Positions 12,761 through 25,349 of a stretch of DNA of 64,000 nucleotides are shown here, piece after piece. The stretch covers positions 9,672,001 through 9,736,000 of the forward strand of contig JAQFVV010000008.1 of NCBI GenBank assembly GCA_028023455.1, written 5' to 3'. The notes below the pieces were generated by a model that was given only the letters and a program-made list of their open reading frames with translations, ran no database searches and was not told the DNA's origin. The position numbers were made by a program, and so were the translations under genes. The first letter of the stretch is position 1. Each line of letters opens with the position of its first letter. The stretch is from Epiperipatus broadwayi (lineage: Eukaryota > Animalia > Onychophora).

Positions 12761-15705
12761 ACCTGCTTGATTGTACATGCTTCTATACTACTAAAATCAC
12801 AAGATCTGATTGACTACAGTGAAGATATTACCAGTAAATGATTACTTATTGACTAAGAAATTAATTTATATATATAAAAAAATCTATGTGAAATGTTTCC
12901 AAAAGAAATCACAAAAAATAACTTATATAAACATATTGAATCTTTTTTATTATTATTAAAGGAGATGGGAATTGCACGAATACCCCCCCCCCCATAATTG
13001 AGAATTATCTGTGGCAAAAAAAAAACAAGCACCCATCACCAAAATGAAATAGTAAAGCATCTATTTAAATATTGATAAACATTATTTCATAAACAGATTA
13101 CAATGTAAAGATTTTTTTGGTGTTTTTATAATGCTGTTTTGGTTCCAGCAAATGTCTTTCAGAAATCTTTAAATTATGATTTAAAATTGAATAATAAAAA
13201 ATATCAACAAAAGCAGAGAGTTTTTAAAACTTAAATGAAAGATGTAATAAAGGATTCAGATCAGTGTATAAATTATCACTTTTACTTTAGATTAACTTTA
13301 AAAAAAAACCTGCTGATTTATGTCTTATTGCAGTATATTCAACGCACACATACGTACACACCCATATACAGAGTTGTTGCTTCCAACTGCAGCAATTCTG
13401 TTTTCTTTCCTGCTCTTTTCTTTCAGTCAGCGTTTCCATTAATTACATAAATGGCTTATTATACCGAGGAGGTTCATTCTAAATTCCTGGGTGCAGTCTA
13501 GCTCAGCCTAAACAAAGAGAAGCTTAGAATGAAAGCATTCAGCCTGCAAGCATTTACAGGATTAGAGCATTTGTTAAGATAAAGAAAATATTTACAACAA
13601 ATTCCTTCCAAAATAAATTATATAATGTCATTTTAAAAAATCTATAAAATTATACTTTTATAATAAAAAAAAAAACAACTTTTAATATATTAGCTTAAAA
13701 AAAAAAAACCAAAACAAAAACTATCCCCTAAATAAATTAGACTGAACTGCCAGACCAACTGATCTCTAGACCATGATTTATTTGTAGATTAGGTTTGTAA
13801 TCTATATGAAGTCATTAAAAAAGATTGGCAGGGTAAAAAATATAAATACCGATTCATATACATATATAAAAAATTTAAATTCTAAACAATAGCACTTGAC
13901 TAATAGATATGAAACAAAATTAACAGAAATACCGAATTATATATGTATTTAGAAGAGTATTTTCCCTTCTAGTCTAGTGCCATCTATTGAAAGCTTGACT
14001 AATCAGTATTTGCCAATGATAATTGCACTGATTCCAATTTAGAATCCCAAGTGCACTTTGATAAATGCCAGAAAATAATCCAGGGATGGAGATCAAAAGG
14101 ACTAAAGTAAAGAAAGGAGAAATATTCTTTATTATAGTAAGATAAAAAAAGAATATTAATGATATTGTATTAATATTAAATATATTTTACTAACTTTTAA
14201 TCTTTTTTGTACATACCAAGTGTAAAAATAATTATATATGTTAAAGAATTAACTAGAATTACATGAAATAATGCTTTACACTGATACAAAAATTTTGTAA
14301 AACCAATTGTTTTAGTATAGAAATCAATGTAAAAAAGTTGAATGTATTCAATTATTCCAATCTTTTTATATAAACAAAAAACATGTATATTGTTTATTAA
14401 TATTAAGTGATTTTCATGAGTAATGTTTAAACATTGATCTTAATGTTTAATTCTTAACCTCTATGTTAATGCAATATTCTGTGGTAGGTGATGATTTTAA
14501 TATGCATGCTACTGTAATCTCATTCTATCACCAGAAAAAATAATCAATAAAAAATTAAATTATGGTATCCAGTGAATATATTTGTACAAATATAATTACA
14601 AAAAAAAAATAAAGAAATAAAAAATTAAATTATGATATATAGTGATATTTCAAAAGGAACATTACATTACTGACAATTCTTAAGAAATTATAAATTAAAA
14701 ATAATGATCAATGCATACAACTTAACAAATTCTGCATTACATTAATTATTACAATGTTAAAATGAGAAAATAAAACATTATATATCATGAACATACTATA
14801 TCATAATCAATGTATATTAATATTTAAATAGAAAACATAGTAAGCACATCTCACTAGAGATTAGAGCATTGATATATAAGGGATCATGTAGCTGCAAATC
14901 AGGTGGAATAATTTTTTTTATCTCTGTTTTATTGTATATAATTTATTTTTAAATGTGTTTGGGTATCTCTTGGAATTATTGTTCTATATAAAAAATATAT
15001 CTTTTGCACAACAGAGCATAGGGTATGAATATGGTATTTCTTATCTCTATAAAGCAGGATTTTAGAAAAGACTTAAGGATAAAACGAATTTTTGCATTAA
15101 TTTTTAGATGTAGTTTTTTTTCTTGCATGATGGAGCATTTTCCCATATGTCTTATACACTTAAGAAAATATAAGATGGGCAAAAACTATATTTATTTTGA
15201 ACATAAAATCATAATATTTCAGCCCAGAATATACTTAAATATTTTTATCAGTTGTTTATTATTAATGTCAAGCATTGAAGAATCTGCACCCTCATATAGA
15301 AGTGCAAGAGTTCTCCAATAGTGTCATTTGTCTTGGAGAAAAGTATTGTGCTGCCCTTATGCAAGATTTGGTGAATAAATTTCTTTTATGGGGGAAATTT
15401 ATCTATTGGTATTAATAATATTGAGTGTTATCAGAATATAGAAATGATATTATTATGGGTGACGTAAGCTTAATTGTATTAATTTTATATACACAAATTG
15501 AAGCTAATCCTAAGTTATTCGAATACTATGCTATTGTAATTTCTTGAGAAAAATGATTGTTTTCCCTCTCTATAAGAGCTTCACACAATGAATAAATAGT
15601 TGAAATAAATGATTTTGAAAAGATTATGAGTGATAGTATTCTTTAATACAAATATAATTATAAAAGAATAAAATAATCAATAAAAATTAAAACTATTATA
15701 AATAC

Positions 15706-16273
15706 TGTCATATCTGACCCTGCCTTCAGAAGTGGACTATTCCAGATTCCTTGCCTGATTGGCTAGCACCCAGTGCTATCCAACGGGATTAAAACCGTCA
15801 CTGGGGTTCGCACACCGAATCCGCATGTTTCCAGTAAGGTAGGGGATCTGCCTTTAAATAGTCAGCCTTTTGGAGGCAAGGCAGAGAGCAATTACTTCTG
15901 TTAACCTGAACAACAGAACGTGCTCTCCATTAAAACTTCTGCCATCAGCAAAGGTATTTATCTACTCATTATTGAGACATCCACGCACTGGAAACTGCTA
16001 CGTCTGAACTAGAGACGACTTGAGGCAAGCTAACTACATAGCTGGAAGAGTCTTACCAGAACTCACGATGCAGGCTAATTATTAGCTGGAAGCGAGTTCT
16101 ATACTCGGCACAACTATCTCAGCATTGAAGCATATCAACTGTATTTGTTCATTTGTTAACTAACGTGTGTATACATTTTGTACTAATAAATTGTACATAT
16201 TAATTGCTGAATAGTTGTTCTTTTTGTATCTGTTGGTTTGGAAATGAACCTGCAAGCCTAACCAAACACAACA
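15706..16273 (+). mobile_element. Solo LTR (568 bp) of an LTR retrotransposon
   Basis: TGT...ACA termini, near-perfect 5-bp TSD (AATAC/GATAC), TATA-like TTTAAATAG, AATAAA near the 3' end, higher GC with retained CpG, and no adjacent PBS or internal region. Confidence 0.7.
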
Positions 16274-16995
16274 GATACTAAAGATACTTTTTGTATAAAT
16301 GTAACTCCAAAGGAATAATAAATTTATTTATGGTATGCACAATAACCAATAAAATAAATGAATTGAGAAAATGCTATTAGAACTAACAAAGTGAGCAAAA
16401 TAATTAAATAAAAACAATTCCGAACTTAGTAATTTAATTGCTGTAATAATTTCACAAAATACATACTCCATAATCTTACATAAAATTTATTTTTAAATTA
16501 TTAAATAACTTTCTATCAACAAAAGTTTATTTAAATTGTAGATTAAATATGAAATTAAAACACATATGTATTTTTTGCAAGACAAAAGAAGTCGGTAACT
16601 TTTTATTATTTATTTGACGATTGTGAAGCTTTTAAATTTTTGAGATCAAAGGTTTTTCATGTTCTATATATAAATTTAAAAAGAGCAATAAGAAATAATA
16701 TTAAAAAATTTCACCACACAATGCAATGTTTTTGCTGCATGCTTTGAAAACATTTTTTACAATAGGATACAATATGATTTTTGACAATAAAAAATATATT
16801 TGGCTAAGTAAGTGTTATAATGATTGGGATAAATATCTCAACAATTATATCAGATATCCCCCCCCCCAAAAAAAAAAATAATTTAAAAAATTTGGCCTAG
16901 TTTCAGCCTTCTTTGTGTGAGATATGAAAGAAATCTATTTTAAAATAAACATTTCAAGATCTGAAACAAATAAATATATATAAAAAAGGTATATA

Positions 16996-18089
16996 CACCT
17001 GGGTCTCTTTTTACGCGGACTTATTTAACACAATTTTGAAGATACGCAATCCATGTTTCACTGGAAGTCGAACTCCGATAATGCGCTATTACTTTAAATA
17101 ATAAATTTCGCGCACTTACGTTATATTGAAAGTAAGAGCATATTATTGGAATTCGACTTTCATCTTAGTAATTTCAATATTTTCAGTGCTTTATAATAGT
17201 AAGATTTTATGCAATAATGAAATTAAAATCATGATTTCCACATTTAATGTATACACACCTTAAATTTTACAAGATTATAATGTAAATTTGTTCAAACATT
17301 GTGCGTGTTAATTTTGCATTTTAAATCACATTCTGTTTCTGCTTTTTAAAAAAGAACGTAATCAATTATTAATCATTTAGTGTCCACAAGTTTATTTTTA
17401 AAAGGTGAGTAATAACAGTGGGCACAATTAAATTTGTCAATTAAAAATTAAAATCTGATTTTTAATTGTAATTAACAATTTAAAAATTATGGCGACTTAA
17501 AATTAATGTGACGTGAAATTTGATTTTTAAACGGAATTGAAAATTAAAAAATTAAAGACAAAAATAAGAATTTAATTTTTAGTTGTTAGTTTCATAAACA
17601 ATTAATAAAATCATCGTCTCAAAGATTAATTACTAATTACGTTGTCACCAGAAAACCATTGACACAACATGAGTGTGAAGTTGGCACTAGTTGTATTTCC
17701 TCTTGTGAAAATTGATTTTTTACCAGTTTGCAAACAAACGTGATTTTCGGCAAATAGCGATAATAATTAAAATGTGTATAAAAAAATGTAAATTACTGTA
17801 CTGTAAATTATGCATAAAATATATTATTTTGAATAAAATTAAGTTTGTCTTGTATCAATTTTTTTCAAATTTGAAATTTTTTATTAGTCATATTTTATTT
17901 CCTTATTTTTTTTTTTTTTTTGCACGAATTTTAAAGTAATTTTACGTTGGTGCTTTGCTTTTACGCGAATTTTGAAAAATCACAGACCGCACCCCCCTTT
18001 TTCCATGTAAGTTATGTCTATTTTTGCGCGATTTCGTTTGCGCGTGTTTTCTGAGGAACCTATCTATCGTGTAAAATGAAACCCAGGTG
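16996..18089 (+). mobile_element. Tigger/pogo-family non-autonomous element, copy A
   Basis: TIR CACCTGGGTCTC.. / ..AACCCAGGTG, TA TSDs. The first ~400 bp are near-identical to copy F (63547-64000). Confidence 0.9.
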
Positions 18090-18641
18090 TATATGAATTT
18101 TAGTAAAAAAATTACTTATAATAAAAAAATATCTTTAATACATTATAAATTATTTTATTTCATTATTCTTTTGGAATTACATTTATACAAATTAATATGT
18201 TCACTGTATATCATAATTTAATTTCTTATTGATTATTCTTTCACTTGAAAAATATGGTAAGAAAGTAACTTAGTAATAGAGTGATGTTACAGAAGAGTAT
18301 ACACAGAACCAGCATTGTTTGTTTGGTATTTATATATCTTTATAAATTATTATATTCAAATTGATATATTATTATTTATTTTAAATATATTGCATTTCTT
18401 ATTCTTTTAAACATATAATTTGGTTGATTCTTCAATATCATTCAAAGTCCCCAGTTGATTTTTGTTTTCCAAATAATTCAATGTTCCATTTTGTGTTATT
18501 ATAATGCAAATTAAGCATAATTGATAAAAAATGTTATTTTCCTTTAGATATACTTGTTTTATTAGTAAATTGTTTTGGTTTAATTTTATAAACTAATTTG
18601 TACTAACTGAAAAGTGCTTGATTGGCAATTTTTTATATATA

Positions 18642-19939
18642 CACCTGGGTCTTTTTTTATGCAGTAGATAGGTTCCACAGAAAACCCGCATTAAAAATAT
18701 TGCACAAAAATAGACTATTTACCTTGAAAAATATGGGATATGTTCCAAAATTTTCAAAAATCACATAAAAGCAAAGCAACAAAGTAAAATTACTTTAAAT
18801 TTTGCCTTAAAAAAAATAAGGAAATAAAGTATGACTAATAAAAAATTTCAAATATTTGAAAAAAATTGACACACGACAAACTTTTTTTACTTTCTTATTA
18901 ACTATTTAATTTTATTCAAAACAATATGTTTTTATGTGTAATTTAATTTACTTTACATTTTTTCATACATATTTTAATCATTATCGCTATTTGACAATAT
19001 GCGGTTCGTTTATGAACTGATAAGACATCAGATTCGTCACAAGAGGAAATACAATTAGCGCCAACTTCAGTCTTGAGCTGTGTTAATTGTTTTCTGTCGA
19101 CAATGTAATCGGTAATTAAACTTTGAGATGATGATTTTACTAATTATTTATGAAGCTCGTGATAACCAGACTACTATGTCTAGCTGATAGAGAATGCACT
19201 TCCACGAGTGCAACTATATATATAACACACGTCCACGAGTGTTAATAATGACTGACAGTTTAATTTGTTTTTATACACATATATACATGGAGAAACTTTT
19301 AGACAAAAAAGTTACAAGTAAAAATATTTAAAAACTTTTAAAGATATATTCCTTTTAAGTAAAAATTAGAAGTTCTTAAATATTTTTACTTAGAACTTTT
19401 TTTATTTTAGACTGGAAAAAATTACAAGTAAAAACTTTTAAAGATAAATTATTTTTAAGTAAAAATTAAAAGTTCTTAAATATTTTTACTTGTAACTTTT
19501 TTTCTGTTTAAAAGTTTCTCCATGTATATATGTGTATAAAAGAAAATATAAACATACACATACATACAACTATTTTGCTCTCGGAATTTAGTTCATAATT
19601 CGTGTCATTAGCAAGAAAATTATTTTCCAATTGATTAGAAAGTTGAAGACTTTCTCGAATCATTTTTGCTGTGAAACAAACAGATTCCACTTCTGTTTCA
19701 TTATCTTTTTCTAAATCTTCTACAGTATCTAAATTTATTGCCAAACCTTTCTCCAACAGGCATTTAAAGTATGTAAAATTTAATGAGTGTATATAAAACA
19801 GGGAAATCCCGATTTTAAGTGAAATATGAACTTTTTTATCACATAAAAGACAACCGCATAAAAAGATATTAAGAAGAAACTTGAATCGCATAACTTCAAA
19901 ATCACATTAAAAAAATCCACACAAAAAGAGACCCAGGTG
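18642..19939 (-). mobile_element. Tigger/pogo-family element, copy B (keeps transposase C-terminal remnant; nested insertion)
   Basis: Same TIRs and TA TSDs, inverted relative to A. The minus ORF segment LAINLDTVEDLEKDNETEVESVCFTAKMIRESLQLSNQLENNFL is homologous to the C-terminus encoded by copy D. Confidence 0.9.
19172..19560 (-). mobile_element. Insertion nested in copy B: palindromic body plus a Helitron-like terminus
   Basis: Absent from homologous copy E. Long inverted arms (~19265-19330 vs ~19465-19545) with an internal duplication. On the minus strand, hairpin TGCAC/GTGCA lies 11 nt before CTAG (19180-83). Confidence 0.5.
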
Positions 19940-20569
19940 TATATATATTAGAGCCTTGAGAAGCAAGACAAAGAAATGTAATTTCCCAAAGATCGCTCTC
20001 TCTTAGTAACTCTGATCAAATACAAATACATACAATTCACGTCTACAAATATTAAGATTGAAGCTTTATGAGTTAGAAATCAAAAGTATTAGATAAGAAT
20101 ATGATTTTTAATGAATTGTTTAGACAAACTTATTAACATTTATTTAAAAAAAGAAAGAAGCCCTTTTTTTTCTAAAGGTTTATGAGATTTTAATATGTTC
20201 AAGCTGACAAAAATCATAAATAACTAGTTATTAATATTCATATTAATCACAATAATATATCTTGTGAGTAAAGTATCTAATTCTTATTGTGTTGTGAGCA
20301 GGTGAAACTTTAATGATCTCATTGCTATATGAAACATTACTTCAAACTCTTCTTTCTTACCTTTTTAAATTAAAAAACAAAAAACAAAAAAAAAACTAAA
20401 TTTTAAAAAATTTATCTATCAATAAATGCCTAATTGATTAGAACTATTCCATTCATAAATCTAAATAAAATGAAAAAATAAATATATTGTGCATTATTGA
20501 AAAACATTTTTATTAGTGTGAGAAAAAAAAAAAAGATTACTCATTTCTATAACATGGAGTATATATATA

Positions 20570-20870
20570 TACCTGAGTCTCTTTTAGGCAATAGGTATGT
20601 TCTGTAGAAAACCACACAAAAAGACTTAACTTACTATGAAAAATTGAGGATATATTCTGTAATTTTCAAAATCTGCATAAAACCAAAGCAATGAGGAGAA
20701 ATTATTTTAAAATTCACATAAAAAAATCAAGAAATAAGAAAATTTTTTTTTAAATATCTGAAAATAATTCATAAATGTAAAACAAGTTTTTTTTTAATCA
20801 ACTTTTTAAATTTATTCAAAACAATAAGTGCATATCAATGATATCTAATTTGTTTTACATTTTCCATATA
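20570..20870 (-). mobile_element. Tigger/pogo-family truncated copy C
   Basis: TACCTGAGTCTCTTTTAGGCAATAGGTATGTTC.. aligns colinearly with the first ~300 bp of copy B, then stops. Confidence 0.8.
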
Positions 20871-22170
20871 TATGTATTGAAACAGTAAGATTTGCTCTGC
20901 AAATCTTAGTTTCACCTTCCTTTGTGTCTTACCTACCCTCATACCCTAGTCCTATTGTAACGTGTGTGTCACATTGTAATCGGCTAAGATATGCACACAT
21001 GCGAAGCATTTACCACATATATATTTACAGTTATTATAGACAGACGAGTTAATAATCAAAAGGAATGATAAATTGATTAATTTAATTTATCTCTAAATGT
21101 ATGGATGCATATGGATATATGGATAAAAACATATATCAGGTAAGACAAGAGTGCATATATGTTCCAATATTATCTTTAAGACATATTTAATAATTTTATT
21201 TTGTTCTCTTATTTAAATATTTAAAAGATCATGCTATGAATTTGTTTATTAGAAAGTTAAATGAGGGTTGGAAAAACTGAACAATAGTAGTTCACTAATG
21301 CAATCGCATAGAGATACATTAATGGCTTAAGTAATTAGCTAGTAAAAACAATAACATTTTGGCAAGTTGCAGATGTTATCAACAAGGAAATAGACATCTT
21401 TAAGCATTTGCTTTATAATGTTTTTAAATCTTATTTTGTAAAACTGTAACAAAGGGATTAATATAGTCAGGATATCTGAAAATAATGTAACAAAAGTAAA
21501 TATACTTGTAGTACCCTGCAGCAGCTTTTAGATAGTAAAGAAGATAATAAATGCATCAGGTGTGGCGGTAGAAAATATGTTAATGGATTATTTCACTGCA
21601 AGGTAAGCCAGTATGTGTGATTAATTTCGTGCTTGGCGACTATATAGAGCAGGAATTTGGGAGAAAATATAGTTAGATCTGGTAAACAAGACTCTATGAG
21701 TTCGAAACTAAAATGGCAGAGTAAAGGTAGGCAGGGTGCTATTTTCCTAACCGGAGAATGGTCATCCTGTAACCCGATACTGCCTGCGTGCCTCCAACTG
21801 TAAGAAGAATATGCCCATGACTCGCAGGTGCCACCAGTGAGACCAGAAATGCTGTTACTAATGCCATAGAGAGGGCTTCCACCACTGGAGTCAACAAAAC
21901 AAAGCAATTATAAAATTAAAGCTGGCTATCCCGTGATATGAACTCCCATGAACCTTTCGTGATCAGAATCACGAACATTAATTGCACTAACAATGCTATA
22001 ATTGAGAATGTTAAGATAACCTTCTATTCCAAGAGCTCTAAAATGTTTCTATTTAATTTCCTGAAGCTATAGCTAAATCTGTATCTAACTCTATCCGTAT
22101 AATTAAATTGTAATGTATTCCTACAACTGTATCTAAATTATATAATTTTAACCATGAGTCATACACACCT

Positions 22171-22839
22171 ATGACTCACAAGTTTGCTGGATTGACTTCA
22201 TTTCTTTTCAGAAATTACTATTTGTGCAAGTTTGAGGCAGATAGAAGGTCTAACTTAATTAATTATACTAACAACTTAATCAAATCAGGATACAGGCGCA
22301 ATATAGTATATAGCAAAATTAGATGTTTTGTAAATAATATTGGAAAACACAGAGATGAAGACAACAGGCCTTGGATATTGTTGCCCTACGTGCACTCTTT
22401 ACATAAAACATTTTATAAGACTTTTTCTAAGGAATTTCGTTTGAGTTTCCATACACCTAACTCAACTAATAGGCTTATTAACAACAATAAGGACACTATA
22501 GCTTCTGATCAGACCCCACAGGCTGTGTACAGAGTGGCATGCCCTCATAATGGATGTAAGGCATCATACTATGGTGAAACGAGAGCAACCATAGCTACTA
22601 GGATATCACAATATAGGTATAAATACAATAAGGCACATACGGATCCAGAATGCACTTCAATTTTTGCTCAGCATCAAAAATTGTCGGGACATGTGTTCGA
22701 ACCCACATCTGCAAAATTAGTTTGTACTGAACGACATGATGTTAGGCGAAAAGTAAAAGAAGCATACTTTATAGCAGAGGACTCTTTCACCATTAATCGT
22801 AAAGATGCATGTTTTGCGATATCTAAAAGATGGTCTTAG
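22171..22839 (+). pseudogene. 5'-truncated Penelope-like element: RT thumb + GIY-YIG endonuclease
   Basis: SNLINYTNNLIKSGYRRNIV..WILLPYV (thumb/linker), then QAVYRVACPHNGCKASYYGETRATIATRISQY..SIFAQHQKLSGHVF..RRKVKEAYFI..INRKD. No RT palm upstream. Confidence 0.9.
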
Positions 22840-22907
22840 TGACTCATTTGCATATAATTTGCATATCAGATTTATTTATATAATGATTTCAAAGAAAGGA
22901 TCATAAC

Positions 22908-22952
22908 TGGCTATGAATATGATAAGTACATCTTCTTGAAAGCGCTTAGCCA
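22908..22952 (+). ncRNA. Minimal type-I hammerhead-like motif (A3-U8 core variant) downstream of PLE2
   Basis: Helix I TGGCT(22908-12)/AGCCA(22948-52); core ATGAATA (22913-19); imperfect helix II GATAAG/CTTCTT; GAA 22938-40; perfect palindromic helix III AGCGCT (22941-46); H17=U. Confidence 0.55.
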
Positions 22953-24024
22953 TTAAAGTTAATTTTCAATTTGTTGTTATAGCTTTACGTTGGAAGTGTG
23001 AAAGCACGGTTTATTATTATATTAGACAAACGTAAAGTATAAATATACAGGTTATTACTTAATTTTAACCTATGTAACTTTTGGTTAATTTATTCTTTAG
23101 GCTATACTTTTGTGCTAGGGTAAACGCTCTTGAAATTTATGAAATTATCTTTATTATATGTTGCTATGATAATATGCCTAAATAATCTCCGACCAAGCGG
23201 ATCTCATTTTCCTTGTAATAAACAGGCCGCTACATTTCCATACGGGTTAGTCGTAAAATGGCAAATATTTCATGTCGAATCCCTTTTTTATTTGCTGACT
23301 CAGACATTGTTTTTTTAGTAAATCCTACTATTGATTCAGTGAATCCTATTGTAATTCATATAATAGTTAATTCACCATATCCCATGTATTTATTTGTTCA
23401 TTTTAAGTTGAAGTATAACATGCAGGTGTGTGTGAAATTATAACTATAGATATGCATAAATAGACAGTTTCTAGGAATCGCTTGGCCATGCAAGCAAATC
23501 TATTTAGTTATTATTACAACAATGTTGAATGTGGTTACTGCTTGGAATTATATGATCCACTTTAATCTTTAAGCCGATGAATATGTAATTTATTTGGAAT
23601 CTTTTAACTGCACCATAGTGTGCTAAACTTTGAGAGCAAACTATCCTTAATTATTATGTTATTATACTTTATATATGTGTTGCTGGTGCAGATATATAAA
23701 TCTATGATTTTATTATGCTTTGTCAATCTTCTCCATGGATACATATGGATAAGACCGTAACCAAATCATTAAGGTTCCCGCAGAGTGGACATGGAAGTCA
23801 CACCTCAGGACAGAGCTGTTCGATCATGCATTCACAGATTTTATTAAAGTGAGAGTCCAGTCCAGTGACCATGCTTATTGGTGATGAACCTTTCATGAAC
23901 CGATGGCATTCTGCCAATCTGAATTATACAGACAGCCTCGTGGTTTCAATGCACCACCCTCCTATATGTGTTCGCAGCACCACTGATCACTTGTTAAGCT
24001 CTATATTTCTATATTTATCTATAG

Positions 24025-24490
24025 CAGTGGTCTTCAACCTTTTCACACCTGCGAAAAATAAGGATAAGGTTCCGCGGACCAGCAAAAATAACGATAAGAT
24101 TTCGCAGACCGGCAGAAGTCAATAGATAAATTTTCTTAAAGATAAGCATAATTGTTATAACTGATCAAAACAACAATGTTAATTATATAAGATAAAGTTT
24201 TATATATATATGGAGTTTATATAATAAAAAACTTTTTCTTTAATTTTTTTAGAAAAGTAATAAAAAATTTAATTCTACCCCCCTCCCCCCATAAATATTT
24301 GTGATAACTAGAAAAACAAATTAATTTATGAATGATTGATTAGATTTTGTTTTCGTTCTGTTTTCTTTTTTTTTTTAATTGGGTAAAAATGAGATGAAAA
24401 AATAAATATTAAAAGTTTAAACTCTTATTATTTATTATTACAAACTTTTACTGCCCGTCTAGCACGCGGATCAAGAGTTGAAGAACACTG
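24025..24490. mobile_element. hAT-type MITE (466 bp)
   Basis: TIR CAGTGGTCTTCAAC / GTTGAAGAACACTG; perfect 8-bp TSD ATCTATAG (24017-24, 24491-98). Confidence 0.92.
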
Positions 24491-25349
24491 ATCTATAGCA
24501 TTTCAGCTATCATACTACTTAATCCTTTCCTATATCAATCTCACATAGATACGAATGATGAGTCTCCCAAGACTATCATGATTCTGATCCCACATACATA
24601 ACTTGATTAGCTTAATAAATCTCATTATTAACATAAGTTACTTATAATTACGTATAGTTATGTCTGTAGTTGTAATGCTTTAATCTCTAAACTGTACACA
24701 TTTGCATCTATTAACCCGATTGGGTGACATTTAAATAAGGCATATTTAACTATGAGTTTACCCTACATTTACCCATGAAAGTATAGAACCTCAAATAATT
24801 AAATATTTCATTATTAATGAAATAGTATTGTATTACCTTTTGTATACATACTCTCCAACATTAGGCATTATATTATTATCTGAATAGTTGCATAATGAGC
24901 GAAGCCAACCTATTAATGTAATATTCAGTTTGACAATTATTAAATTTTGTATTAAATTATATCTGTTGTTATCTTTCCGTACGATCCATACCACATCATT
25001 CCACTTTCATTCATGCATTTCTGAAAGTTATTAAATATCTTAATATTACTTGGTCATGGACCACATATCAATCTGTATTAGTACTTTGTTAGCGAATCTA
25101 GAGCAAAGCTTATTATTATTAAGGGTCTCTTGCCTCCCCCTGATCCCCAGGATTGAAAGAAAATTGTGCTATTAGTAGCATCAGGGGCGTTGCTCATGTA
25201 GTGGTGATGGTTGGAGCACAGGCAAATAGGTTAAGACTTAGTACTCTTGGGATGGCTTCCACAGCCCAGATATACGAGCTTCCTGTATTTTGCTTGGATT
25301 CTACATCTTGTTAACAGAACATATGAACCTGACCGTTACAGTATGTACT

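Noticed and set aside
15180-15400. QALKNLHPHIEVQEFSNSVICLGEK as a LINE RNase H relic
   Set aside because: The resemblance is too weak; the diagnostic DS and W.P.H.G..GNE motifs are not visible.
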